A stretch of 63,816 bases of DNA, counting the filler, from Octopus bimaculoides (taxonomy: Eukaryota), in the NCBI RefSeq assembly GCF_001194135.2. It is 6 parts of 5 records of this genome, joined end to end, with 100 filler letters (N's around TTAATTAATTAA, not from the genome) between each part and the next. Parts side by side here need not be neighbours in the genome. Positions count along the whole stretch, not along the records: positions 22,570 to 51,786 come from NC_068983.1; positions 51,887 to 58,764 come from NC_068985.1; positions 58,865 to 60,287 come from NW_026378016.1; positions 60,388 to 62,161 come from NC_068982.1; 2 more parts are not named here. The stretch is one strand, 5' to 3'. Shown here one piece after another: positions 47,478 through 60,734 of this stretch. Under the pieces are notes generated by a model, which saw nothing but the letters and a program-made list of their open reading frames with translations, did no database searches and was not told the DNA's origin. Both the position numbers and the translations under genes were made by a program. Numbering within the stretch: position 1 is the stretch's first letter; every line of letters begins with the position of its first letter.

Positions 47478-49524
47478 CAGTAGTCAATTGAATCAAGACA
47501 TTTCACTAGGAATCGTATTTTGGTCTGTGACGCAATAAGGGACCATAAAAATTGCATTCGCTGTTTTCCTTTGCTATCTTGAGTTACTGAAAAGAACATA
47601 GAATTTAATTTGATACTAAAGTCTGGTTTTATTTCCATTTATAGACATTGCTTTTCATCAAGATGTTTTCTTCGCAACTACGGAATATTGGACTCCATCC
47701 CAATGCATATCCGAACGGGCATGACTTTCTAGCATCGCCTCTGGCGAACAAATCCTTGTGAGTGAAATTCTGTAAGTATAAATTGTATGGATGTCCGTCG
47801 GTGTCACCCTTCCATGCTGGGAGCTAGTGATTTAATTTACTTAACGTGTCTATCAGGATGTTTGCTGTCAAATCTCAGGAGGCTTCCGTAGTCAGGAAAC
47901 AAACTTTTTAATCTGCGGATGATGTATTCTATATTCCCCAGTCAGCGGTAGAGATTCTCAAATGTGTAATACACGCTTCAGTTCCGTTCTGAGGGAGCCA
48001 AAGAAAAATAAAATTACAACCCGTTAGCAATAACGAAGAAATCTGTTTAACCTTTTCCGTAGTACATGTTGTATTACTTAAAGTAGTATAATTTACGAAC
48101 TGACAACCACATTATATGATGTCATGAATAACTGCAAAATAATCGAAGATGAAACCATTTTACTTTAACGCTTCCGCACATTTTTCCGAACATATTCGTT
48201 GGTATAAATTCAAGTAGTGTACTGAAAATCAAAGGATTAGCTTTATTTTAGATAAGCTGGTGGCTTATTAAATCTATCAGTTTATCTAAAATAAAGATAG
48301 TTTCTGAGTCATAGGTTATCACATGCAGAACATATTGAGTTTCAGACTAATTACAATTGTACTTCGATGGATGTTTTGATTATTAATAGATTTCAATACC
48401 ATATTCTGCTGCGCTTATTGCCCTAAGGAAGCATCTTTATAATTTCCACAAAAATTTTATCTTTCGCAGAAATGGCCCTTACAATCCAGCTTCAATGTGT
48501 TCATGTTTAACGGCATAACAACATCTTGTAATGATATTTTCCACCAGTGCACACAACGTATATCTCACCAATTATATATTTAGACATAAGAGCATTTGCA
48601 TTATCATTAATGGATATATAGGATATTGTGTTGCGTTACAGCAACATTTGAAGCAATGTTTAACACAATATTTCAACGTTGAAGATAGAGGGACAAAATC
48701 ATGCTGAATTGAAAGGATACAATCCATGAAAAGACAGAACATCAAGCCTTTGTTTCTTTTGTTGCAATACCTTCCAATACTTTTCACATTGCGTATAGAG
48801 AACTGCGCTATCAAGAAGATAGCATTGCATTGTTAACACGCATGAATCGCTTATATGAAGGGTCCATTATATTGGAATAAACAACTCGCTCGTGCTAAAT
48901 GACAAAATGTATGAAGGTGGCATTTCATGTAGAAGTAATGGAAAACATGAAATGCATAATGTTTCGAAAGAAGACCATATCAACAATATCCGTGAGAACA
49001 AAGAGCTAGCTTTTCAAGATTATAGCGTTAAATGTTTATAATATGAAATTATATTTTAAATAATCATTTGGAAATAGACTAGAAGCAAAAGAATGATATA
49101 ACTGAAAAATCCATAATAATTATTTATATAAAAAAAGGCAAACATAAATCACGTGCGGATCAATTAATATTTTACTCGTAACTCAACACTGTTTGAAATG
49201 CAACGATGATCTCATTCATATATTTATGGTAAAATTACGGTGTGATATTGTATTTATATATGAAAAGGAAATATAACATGTCAATAAATGAACTAAGAAC
49301 GTCTCGTTTATTTAATTATATGATTGGATAAAAAAAAAGTGCTTTCGAAAGCAGTGTTGTTTGACAAAAATGAATTCATACATGCATATGTTTGTATGAA
49401 TTTACTTGCATATACATATGCATACTCAAATATATACACGCATATATACATGTATATGCTCTTGCATACAGAAATATATACATATATGTATATACACATA
49501 CATATTTACATTCATATATACTTA

Positions 49525-49980
49525 CAGGGAGAGACGTGACTGTGTGTTAGAAATTTTGCTTCCTAACCACGTTATTCCGAGTTCAGTCTCACTGCCCGGC
49601 ACATTGGGTGTTCTACTATAGTTACGCGCTGACCAAAGCCGTATGAGAGGATATAGTAAAGGGAAGCTGAAAGAAACCCATCATGTGTGTATTTGTGTGT
49701 GTGTATGTAAATGTATTTGTATGTATGTGAAGCTGATTTTGAGAGTATGTGTGGCTGACTTTGCGTCTGTGTTTGTAATCCACCATCACTTACCAATCGG
49801 TGTTGGTATATTTACATTCCTGCACCATAACAATTCGGCAAAGTGACCGATAGAACAATTACCAGACTTTAAAAAGATAAGTACCGGAGTCGATTCATTG
49901 AACAAAAATTCTCCAGAACGGTATCCCCTTATGGATGCAAACGAAGGACTGAAACATGTAAAAGATAATAAAAAAGATAA
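49525..49980 (+). mobile_element. Diverged SINE family A copy
   Basis: Head, GT-repeat middle and 3' tail collinear with 14845-15255. Confidence 0.7.
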
Positions 49981-49990
49981 ATACATACAT

Positions 49991-50048
<58 letters not shown>

Positions 50049-50245
50049 GTTTACATACATACATATATATATATGCATGCAAAAGTACCTCGTTGTTGAT
50101 GTGGAAATTCCAACGAAGTAGCTTTGGATAAAAGTTAGAGACCGGTTCTTTCTGTATTGGCAAGAATTGTTGAAATAAACGAAATAACGACACACATACA
50201 TGATACATACATACAAAAATACCCTGTTAATGTTGTTCAAATTCC

Positions 50246-50324
50246 AATGAAGGAACCTTGGATCTAGGTGAGAATGAAGGAACCTTGGATCTAGGTGAGA
50301 ATGAAGGAACCTTGGATCTAGGTG
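50246..50324. repeat. 27-bp tandem repeat, about 2.9 copies
   Basis: Unit aatgaaggaaccttggatctaggtgag; a diverged related segment lies at about 50100-50150. Confidence 0.9.
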
Positions 50325-50521
50325 TTTTTTTTACCAAACAAACATATGCATTATATATCTTTTCACCTGTTTATTACTGTTATTTTGTAATTTTAACTTC
50401 TGTCCATTGTCCTGAAATCTTCAGCCACACTCTTCGTTTCTCTGTGTGTGTTCTTGCTCCACTTAATCCATTCTGTTCTAAGATATGTATCCTTATGTGC
50501 GCATGCGTTTGTGTCATTATT

Positions 50522-50560
<39 letters not shown>

Positions 50561-51611
50561 GCATGAGTGTGTATGTGCGTATGCTTATGTGTCTCATAGG
50601 TTTAAACAGCAGTGTGGATTTCCCCTCACCTCCAACCTCTGACTCCATTGTGCTGCTACTGTCCTAAGACTCGAGAAAAAAAAAAGAGACAGGTACAGTT
50701 CTTGTATTCCTCTTTGTACATGTGCCCGTCCACGGTGTTGCCGTCATGATAGTTGTTTTTGTTATTGCCTTCGTCGGCACCGCCGCTGCAGCTGACCGTC
50801 TTGGTTGTGTTATGGCCGCACATGAGGTTTCATGCGCGTGTGTTTGTGTGTGTGTATGGGTTTGATTGGTATGTATCCATGTCCTTTATATAGTTTCATT
50901 TATTTATGTTATCTGTATCTGTCTTACAATTATCACAGGTATGTGGCACATATATTTATAGATTCATTTATTTATCTATTTATATAGTTATTTGTTTACT
51001 CATTTATTTATTTAATTTTTTATACGTCTATCTCTATTTTTCATGAGTATCACAGGTAAGTTCATATATATCTATTGTGTATATATTACTCTGTATCTGT
51101 GTATTATTTACGGTTTTCCCCTCTCTTTTTCTTTTCCATTTCCCTTACTCATCACATCCTTTCTGTATTTAGTCATGTGGTGTGGTGGGTGTTACTGATG
51201 CATTCATGTTTTCTATTGAGGCTCTCTCTGTTTACTGTTATGTGTGTAGCTTCTATAATATAAAAGTCGTGTCAGTTCTATGAGTTGGTAGTACGTTAAC
51301 CTCTATGCCATTACTCGAGGTTCCATGTTCTGCTTGAGCATATTGGTAGCGCACTGACAAGCTTTTCCCTTCTTTGACCTCTCGCCAATGTTCATCTATA
51401 CGCTACCCTATGCTGCATGCAGTCTCTCCTTTATAGGTAGTTGTCATATTTCTGTGCCGTCCCTCAGTACATAGTAAGCTATACACTACATTTCTAACCT
51501 TACAGTTAACCTGTGTGTTCATCTTACATACAACACAGCTGTATACCGTACAGGGGGAATTATCGAAAGGATAGACATTGCAGATCAAGAACACACACAA
51601 AAATGAAAAGT

Positions 51612-51652
51612 ATCACTGAAGAGGTCACAAATGTGTGACGAAAGATTTCCGG
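51612..51652 (+). ncRNA. Hammerhead-core-like motif with a perfect stem II but weak stems I and III
   Basis: CTGAAGA-g-gtcaca(aatg)tgtgac-GAAAG-at-TTC. Confidence 0.35.
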
Positions 51653-52424
51653 ACAAAGGACAGACGTCAAAAAAAAATAGCAGTAATAATCAAGAGAGAA
51701 AAAATATAGTGCGTGTGTTTATTTGGCAAAAAAGAAAAAAAAATACCATCCCGAAATACAACAATATATATATATATATATATATANNNNNNNNNNNNNN
51801 NNNNNNNNNNNNNNNNNNNNNNNNNNNNNNTTAATTAATTAANNNNNNNNNNNNNNNNNNNNNNNNNNNNNNNNNNNNNNNNNNNNGAAGACTTTAGTGA
51901 AAGGATAATCTCATCACGTGCACGACAATTTCAAAGACTTTCTTAATCACCTCTTCGTTCTTAAATAAATTTTCTTTACTCTTGGCCCTTCTACCACTAT
52001 TGCCTTATTAAAACTTTATCGACTCCACACGAATAGCCTTTCTCAGGGTTAGCCAGCACCGGTTTTGAATTTCTAGCAACTCCCGCTTAACTAATTTGCT
52101 AATCCGGACTGTGTAAGGTCGTTCATTGGAAAAAAAACCAGGATTTTGTTCCATTAACGTCCTCAGTGGCTTTCCAAAACTAACAGTGAAAAATTTTATG
52201 GTGAATCTGTTTAACGTGAGCTCTTGAATTTCATTCTTGTCATCTTGTATTCCACACATGATCACCTCTTCTCTATTCACTGCCTGTCGTAATTTCTCTT
52301 TGCTCTTCCGTAAATAATCAAGCAATGTCTTTTTTTGACATCATCTGTATACCCTCTTTCACAACAAATAAACCTCTTCCACCCTGGTCTCTCTACAAGT
52401 GCAACCGGTTAATATCAACTTTTA

Positions 52425-52850
52425 TTATAATTATTATTGAGTGAGAAGAGCATGCCATCAAAGTGACAGTGGAGTACATGTATACGAAGCCCAATATACT
52501 ACTTACCATGACTACGCGTCTGATAAGGGTACTCCAGAGACATGCATCACAACCACATGTGCACGACATGGTGATGCCGTATCAAGATAAACAGAGCAAG
52601 ACCTTGCAGGTGGGACTCAGTTGGAATTTTCTTCCAGTCGAGTGGTCAATCCCACTTAAAAGGTCCCTGAATAAGGTTTTGTTTTAGAATGATGAACGAA
52701 ATACCTATGTTTCCAGAAGTAAATTATTCAAGCTCCAAAGTATCTCATCTCAACACACGGCTATGATGCTCCCCCACTACTTCTGTTCGGGATCAGAGAT
52801 GTACTAAGGGACATGCTCAACTGATAAGCAAATCTGTGGTACTGGGCATT
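52425..52850 (-). mobile_element. Second copy of the 16575-17160 repeat (5'-truncated)
   Basis: Reverse alignment over about 400 bp, e.g. ccttgcaggtgggac / aaaaggtccctgaataagg / gcaaatctgtggta. Confidence 0.65.
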
Positions 52851-54871
52851 TCATTCCATCGCGAAGGTAAAATACATACCAGCTGAGCTCTGTGGTCGAT
52901 GGAATCGCCCATTCTCCATATTTTTAGATATTTACTTAATTAAAAGAAGTTCAAGCTCTCGGTATTAAATGTAGAATATATTCCAATCATCAAGAATTGA
53001 GTTGCGCAGAGATTTTTTATTAATTAAAATTGTACACAAAGAAAAAAAAAACGACCCATAAGTCCAACTTCGATGCAACTCAAATTAATGACCATAGAGA
53101 GCGGATGGATACCTCACATTGTTTACTCAACTAACTACAATAATTTTCCAACACAAAGCTATTATAAATTCAGAACTATGCTACAGTTTTGTTATAAAAT
53201 ACGATGCTATAAATTGTCCAGCAGTGTCGTACCTTCCCGTTGATTGGGTGGTAGCTTCTTAGATTCAACCGTATATCGATATAAAACTTTTAAAAAAGCT
53301 GAAGTAGGTTAAGCTTTGTTGTCAGAATCATTTCATTTAAGAGAACACAAATTCTGGAAAGTCAAGTGAATCTATTTACATTCTTTCTTTGAAAATGCAA
53401 TGTATTTGTCATTTCTTTTTCAATGTATATTTCAGTCCAAATACCCAACATGGATATTATAGAATCAATACAATATAAATCTCAAAGCCAATTGCTCTTA
53501 GTTTCCAAATTGGTGTTCATGTATGCTGAAGACTCGCCGAGCAAAAGGGTTCTTATTGTGTAAACAGTACGCATTATGCATTTCACATGTTTCGAAAAAG
53601 TACGTGGTACTACACGACTGAAATGAATATAGAAATATATACAAAAGAAAATGATCCACTTAAATGAACAAGATAACAATATCGTTTGTATTGACTGCAT
53701 TAGTGGATTTCTAAATTTCTAAAATTGCATATATTTGAGAAAAGAATAAAAGAAATGTCTGACACAGCAATTTTCCGCGTAGATAATATAAACGCTAAAC
53801 AATTGAAATTTTCATTTGTGTATTTGATCACTTATATTATTTTGTTTCTTAGTATTGAACTGTTCATATATTATGTTTGCTCGACAGCTTAATTCTAGTA
53901 TTTTTAGAATCAAATTATTAAATCAAATTGAATTTCTTTGAATGTAATATACATATGGATGTAACGTTAATCATTTTTTTTTTGCAACATAACTTTTTAA
54001 CTTAATCGTGTCATCAAATGATAATTGCGTGTAAACATAGAATTCCATACAATGCCGTTTAGGCTATCGGTTTCTAGTTTTTAACTAGATTTAACTAATT
54101 TTGCTACATATGAAACTGAGATAAAAATTGAATTTAGTATGATGCGATTATCAGAAAATAAATTGAATGACGTACAAACGAAACAGTAAATTCAAGTTTT
54201 AATTATTTATAACACAGTGTTTAATGAAGCAGTTTGAAAATTGAAAGTTATTTCTCTGTTTTTGGTTGAGTCGTTTCAAATTAGAATTTTGTCAGATTGG
54301 TCAATTGAAAAGATTTTGATAGTGCCCTTGGGTATCTTGCAGTTTTCTGCTATAGATAAAACAAAACTAAGAGACTCAATATGGATTAATTTCTTCGTGT
54401 GAGTGTCACTATAGACGTGCGTGTGTGTGCGTATATGCGTGGTTGTTTCTATTTCACACACTCTGATTCATATATAGCCCCGGGCATTGTGTTATGCAGT
54501 TTATCAATTTGTATGCTTCTTTATATTGCGCTTCAGTTTTAAAACTACTCCAGCTAGCGACGTAATAACAACTGTGAACACTTTGAATCTGCATCTCTCA
54601 CCAGCAATCTATTACTCTCTAAATATGGAATATAAATTCGTATTTTATTGCATAAGTCTGCTTGCAATATGAAATAATATTGTGTACTACAAGGTCTTTG
54701 GATGAGGTTATATAGCAGAATTAAAAAAAACTACTATATAAATAAATGAATAATATATGTATATATATATATATATATATATACATACATACATACATAC
54801 ATACACAGACACACATATATATATGCGTGATATGTATATATATATATGTATATATATATATGAATATATCT

Positions 54872-54923
<52 letters not shown>

Positions 54924-56298
54924 NNNNNNNNNNNNNNNNNNNNNNNNNNNNNNNNNNNNNNNNNNNNNNNNNNNNNNNNNNNNNNNNNNNNNNNNNNNNN
55001 NNNNNNNNNNNNNNNNNNNNNNNNNNNNNNNNNNNNNNNNNNNNNNNNNNNNNNNNNNNNNNNNNNNNNNNNNNNNNNNNNNNNNNNNNNNNNNNNNNNN
55101 NNNNNNNNNNNNNNNNNNNNNNNNNNNNNNNNNNNNNNNNNNNNNNNNNNNNNNNNNNNNNNNNNNNNNNNNNNNNNNNNNNNNNNNNNNNNNNNNNNNN
55201 NNNNNNNNNNNNNNNNNNNNNNNNNNNNNNNNNNNNNNNNNNNNNNNNNNNNNNNNNNNNNNNNNNNNNNNNNNNNNNNNNNNNNNNNNNNNNNNNNNNN
55301 NNNNNNNNNNNNNNNNNNNNNNNNNNNNNNNNNNNNNNNNNNNNNNNNNNNNNNNNNNNNNNNNNNNNNNNNNNNNNNNNNNNNNNNNNNNNNNNNNNNN
55401 NNNNNNNNNNNNNNNNNNNNNNNNNNNNNNNNNNNNNNNNNNNNNNNNNNNNNNNNNNNNNNNNNNNNNNNNNNNNNNNNNNNNNNNNNNNNNNNNNNNN
55501 NNNNNNNNNNNNNNNNNNNNNNNNNNNNNNNNNATATATATATATATATATACGTGTGTGTGTCTGTACACATATATGTATGTAAATTTGTATATATATA
55601 TAAACATAAATATATATATGTTTATATATATATATAAACACATATATATATATATGTGTGTGTGTTTGTGTGTGAGTGTGTGCGTCTATACATACATATA
55701 TGTAAGTTTATATATATATATAAATAGATAGATATATAGATAGATATATACACATACATATGTATATAGAGAATTACATAGCAGATGCTTAGCCTACACT
55801 TTATGGTTTGGTGAAAACAGATTAAGGCAGCACAAGCATCTTTGAAAACAGTAACTTTTGCTGCATGTCAGTGTTTCAATTGGCAACTTACCGAAGAGGC
55901 TGAAACTTCTTATTGATGGTTTTTTTACGCTTCCACACTCTCAGGATTAGCTTCTTGGGAGACTCTATGCATTGGCACTGCTGAAAAGGGCTGACTACTC
56001 AAATATCGTTAGTTATGCATGGCTCGACTCGGCCACTGCGTATATGATGTCCGTCATATTCACACACAAATGTAATAGTTAGCGGTGATATTCTGTAGTA
56101 CAGTAATCCAGCGTCATATCGTAGTTCACCCATCGCGGTTTACCTATCGCTGTTTATTATTTAAGCATACGTCGATTGCTCCTTGCTCTTCCTTTGCACT
56201 TATAATAAAATAATTCTATACAAATTATAGAAATAACAAAAAATATATGCAATGCAGTTTCTACTTCGCAGATTTGCTGTATAGTGCCAAGCGTATAG

Positions 56299-56618
56299 TT
56301 GTTGTTGTTGTTGTTGGCACTCCGTCGCTTACGACGATGAGGGTTCCAGTTGATCCGATCAACGGAACAGCCTGCTCGTGAAATTAACGTGCAAGTGGCT
56401 GTGCACTCCACAGACACGTGTGCCCTTAACGTAGTTCTCGGGGATATTCAGCGTGACACAGTGTGACAAGGCAGGGTTCGTCACCATCCCCTGCCGGAGT
56501 CTCGTGGAGCTTTAGGTGTTTTCGCTCAATAAACACTCACAACACCCGGTCAGGGAATCGAAACTGCTATCCTATGACCGCGACTCCGCTACCCTAACCA
56601 CTGGGCCATTGCGCCTCC
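56299..56618 (-). mobile_element. SINE family C copy with an ~80-bp internal deletion
   Basis: Near-identical to 18819-19201 apart from the junction gacaaggc|agggttc; (TTG)n tail; possible TSD gcgtatag at 56291-98 and 56624-31. Confidence 0.85.
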
Positions 56619-58710
56619 ACTATGCGTATAGCATGAACTCAGTTTTAGACACAGCGTATAATTTTCATTCTTCATCGTAATTTTCTGTGGAGCTCTTCAG
56701 GATCAGTTTATAAGACAATCATATATCATGTTCCGTGAATTCAAGCATTTATTTGGATTTCATTAGCTTCGCACTTAGTTAAATTCAATATTGCTCTACG
56801 TAAGTGAGTCGTATAATTAATATTGTAATCGGATAATACGATATAGTTTGTAAACAAATCCTTTAACTACGAAAGTGATGCTGTGAATGATTCTACATAT
56901 ATATATGCATGTGTGTGTGTGTGTGTGTGTGTGTGTGGTGTGATTATGCAGAAATTGCATATCCATATTTACGTCTTTGGGTGTTTACATACAGATGCAC
57001 AAACGTGTGTTTAATCTGACTTGAGTATATTTTTCAAGTGGATGTATGTGTCCAAATGTGCTACCGTATGTCTGAGTATGCAAGTATACAGTAATATAAA
57101 CAAGAATGTGCATCGTTAACCGTATACATATTCATTACGAATGCGAACATTACCTTATATCGGTTTTCATGCCAGTGTGTATCATAAGCGAATACATTTA
57201 CCCATAAATGTGCATGAGTTTCTATAAGAATGCGAATGGCTATTGGCTATGTGTGCACAATGGCACACATACGTATGGGAGTATATGGGTATGCGTGAGA
57301 GCACGCAAGAACATTCTGCAATTAAAGCGTTTGTGCTTGTGTATACCTGTGCGCTATCCTCCGTAGATACGCTATCAGCTCACAAGTATGTCTCTAATTA
57401 TCTCCCTTTATTAATTTTTTTAAATTTTGCTCAAGGGGTCTCTATTTTCTATTTATGGCGTGTCATGTCATGTCAAAATCCTGTGAACTCGATATCTTTT
57501 ACAGACAGATCTTAACAAATTGAGTTGTACATTTTCTACATCGAAATTTTCGACTGAAGAAACTTATTTTTACTGCGTTTAATGACGTTAAGCTAATTAC
57601 AAAACAGTACTTAATGCATAATCATTCATTCCAGTTCTCTCCTCCNNNNNNNNNNNNNNNNNNNNNNNNNNNNNNNNNNNNNNNNNNNNNNNNNNNNNNN
57701 NNNNNNNNNNNNNNNNNNNNNNNNNNNNNNNNNNNNNNNNNNNNNNNNNNNNNNNNNNNNNNNNNNNNNNNNNNNNNNNNNNNNNNNNNNNNNNNNNNNN
57801 NNNNNNNNNNNNNNNNNNNNNNNNNNNNNNNNNNNNNNNNNNNNNNNNNNNNNNNNNNNNNNNNNNNNNNNNNNNNNNNNNNNNNNNNNNNNNNNNNNNN
57901 NNNNNNNNNNNNNNNNNNNNNNNNNNNNNNNNNNNNNNNNNNNNNNNNNNNNNNNNNNNNNNNNNNNNNNNNNNNNNNNNNNNNNNNNCTCCTCCCCTCC
58001 CTCGCCTCCCTCTCTCTCCTCCCCTCCCTCTCTCTCTCACGCTAACTCTTCTTCGAGTGACTTTACACAACTAGGCAAAAAACAAAATAGATATTCTAAG
58101 TTTAAATGTTCTCTCTCTTTCTTTCTATCTATCTATCTATCTTTCCTACTTTCTCTCCTGTAATGATACTAATTATATCTAATATCTGTTTAATTTCACA
58201 TTCACATCAGTCCTTTTATTCGAATGACAAAAATGCACTTAGCTTGGAAAACTATCATCCTCAAATCACTGATATTGTATTCCTGTTTGTTCAACGAAAT
58301 AACATTTATTGCATACAAGGTGCAAATATTTACGTCCATAAGGCTACGGCGTTAGTTTACAATATTTCATTACCACAATCGTTTCACTAATGAAGTCTTT
58401 GTTCATTGTGTATAGAACTAAAGACTTCTGTGACTATCAAACTACCCTATTACCTTATACACCTTACTTTTGCTTGACTCTTAAATGAATGTTCTCGTTG
58501 TCTCAGGTTTTACTGCTTCCTGTCTATTCCGCAATGGTTCTCTATTCGTTTCCTCTTTTGCCCAAGGGAAATATCTAGTAACTACAAAATGTGCATTTAC
58601 TACAAGTAACAATATTTGTAATCTTTGAAAATAAATTTGCTGGGTGTCTTAAACAACAGGTAGTCTTTTTATATTCATGTTGTTTTGTTGTACACCTTTC
58701 ACGACTACTA

Positions 58711-58764
<54 letters not shown>

Positions 58765-58864
58765 NNNNNNNNNNNNNNNNNNNNNNNNNNNNNNNNNNNN
58801 NNNNNNNNTTAATTAATTAANNNNNNNNNNNNNNNNNNNNNNNNNNNNNNNNNNNNNNNNNNNN
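58765..58864. other. Assembly spacer N44-TTAATTAATTAA-N44 (the same linker also at 22514, 51831, 60332, 62206)
   Basis: An identical 12-mer is centred in ~100-nt N runs and carries stop codons in all six frames; an artefact. Confidence 0.9.
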
Positions 58865-59195
58865 AAAAAAAAGCGGGAGTAAGAAGATATCGTTTTGTAT
58901 CGGGATCTCACGTTAATCCAATTTGGGATATCATAATAGTAATTTATAAGTAGGTACTTACGCACGTGTGGGTGTGTGAAGCTATTAATTTTCCGTGTTG
59001 GTTATTCAGTATTTGCGTTTGATGTTGCAGGATCGATAGTCAATAGTAAGGTGCAAAGGCCGCGGAAAGTATTTGACTTCGTGTTTCTTACGAGTTGACA
59101 TTTAATAATGATATGAGATATATTGCTATTTTTCCACTACCACCACCACCACCACCACAGCAAACACAACAACAACAACAACAACAACAATAATG

Positions 59196-59228
<33 letters not shown>

Positions 59229-59864
59229 GCAGCAGTTATGTGGTTGCTAGTTTTGTGTCGAATCGGTTTTTGTAATATTCTAAATGTGTAATTTGTTCGT
59301 AGTGCTTATTCTTAAATAGGTTAGCAGTCAACCCTGTGTAATCAATAACCGTTCGGTTAATGTTAGATATGACAGTGGTTACATCATATATATATATTTG
59401 ATATTATATTTCCAAGAAGTTTTCTTTGGCTGGGAATAAGGTTTGACAGTGGTAATTGCATTTTCCGTCTTCCACTCGATGCGTCCTTCCAGCTCGAGTT
59501 ATACATCACTCTCTTTTATTATCCACGTATATTAGAATGTTTGCGTCGTTTGTAAATATTGAGTAGCTTATTTTAAGCGGGTTTAACTTCCAAGATTTTC
59601 CTGTGCTTATCACAAGCCATTACAAAATACCCGCCTATATTAAGAGTAAGTTCTATAAACATCGAACCTAAAATTATAGCCGTGACTCTTATGAATGATG
59701 ATACAATGGAAATTCTCGATTTAGACTTTGGTCAGGCATGCATATTTACAGGGAGTTCTGACTAAATATTGACAGTTTACATAAAAGGGAAATAAAACAC
59801 AATATCCCACCCCAAAATAAAAGTATTAAAAAAAACCCCAAACCATTGAATATCAGCTAGAATC

Positions 59865-60287
59865 TAGTGGTTCTCAAAGTGGGCGGTTTTGCCCCCCTGG
59901 AGGGGGTGGAAAGTTCCAAGGAGGCGTTGAAGGAAAGTAAGGCTATAATGGGGTAGTGATTCGTGTAAAATGTGGGGCTTAATGGGGTAGCGATTTATGC
60001 AAAATGTGGGGTGATAGTGGGGTAGCAATGAACCTTTCACTTATAAGGAAAGGGAAGGTGTAAGCATTAAACATGGATATGGTTATAAAGATGCTTACAC
60101 CTTTCCTTATAAGTGAAAGGTTGATTGCCCCCTTAAACTTTAAGTCACTAGATAAGAAACAAATAAAATCAGAGACAGTGAGAATTAATTACTAGCCTAC
60201 AAGCTTTGGCTATGTCAAGATGTTTTTTTTTATGTTCTCTTCTTTCCCACTTAGATTTTAAATGTTGTCACAACAGTAATATGTCCA
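59865..60287. mobile_element. hAT-like non-autonomous element (left end) with an internal hairpin; right end in a gap
   Basis: Starts tagtggttctcaaagtggg, like hAT CAGTGGTTCTCAAA termini; inverted repeat at 60025-60067 / 60091-60128. Confidence 0.5.
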
Positions 60288-60440
60288 NNNNNNNNNNNNN
60301 NNNNNNNNNNNNNNNNNNNNNNNNNNNNNNNTTAATTAATTAANNNNNNNNNNNNNNNNNNNNNNNNNNNNNNNNNNNNNNNNNNNNGGAGAAATAATAG
60401 GAAAATATATATATATAATTTAAGATTAGGTAGGGTATAT

Positions 60441-60734
60441 CAGGTGTTTTCAAACTGTGGTCCTCGGACCACAGGGGGTCCGCAAGGACAAGACAGGGGG
60501 TCCGTGGACAGCAAATACTTTTTATGGGCAATTTGATTTTATATATGTTTTTTTAATCGAAATCTTTTAATTGACAATAAACCTATTTGTTAGATACTGT
60601 TAAATAAATGTAAAAATATATGTTATTTTAAGCAAATATTTATGTTTAAATTTCATAAGCATTTATAAGGGGGTCCCTAAGGTAAAGCCTGAAATATAAA
60701 GGGGTCCGCAAGTCAAAAAGTTTGAAAACTCCTG
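60441..60734. mobile_element. 294-bp hAT-type MITE with 16-bp TIRs and an 8-bp TSD
   Basis: TIR caggtgttttcaaact / agtttgaaaactcctg (15 of 16); TSD gggtatat at 60433-60440 and 60735-60742. Confidence 0.92.

Noticed and set aside
51890-52330. 105-aa minus-strand ORF (52008-52325) as a gene or LINE ORF1
   Set aside because: Non-repetitive, but I recognise no motif and see no clear splice sites; left unassigned pending a homology search.
53520-53550. CTGAAGA-ctcg-c-cgag-caaaag as another hammerhead
   Set aside because: No GAAA core strand, and the loop would be a single base.
233-55731. Long ORF-track entries (e.g. 233-904, 7430-8458, 46620-47189, 54708-55731) and the many YIYI/HTHT/CVCV peptides
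   Set aside because: They are open only because they cross N gaps or dinucleotide microsatellites.
55892-55980. Possible 89-nt minus-strand exon (cccttttcag|...cttcg|gtaagt)
   Set aside because: The splice signals are good, but the one open frame gives no recognisable peptide; such sites arise by chance. Needs RNA-seq.
37890-58354. Exact 16-mer taaggctacggcgtta at 37890 and 58339
   Set aside because: The flanks do not align, and about one such match is expected by chance in 64 kb.
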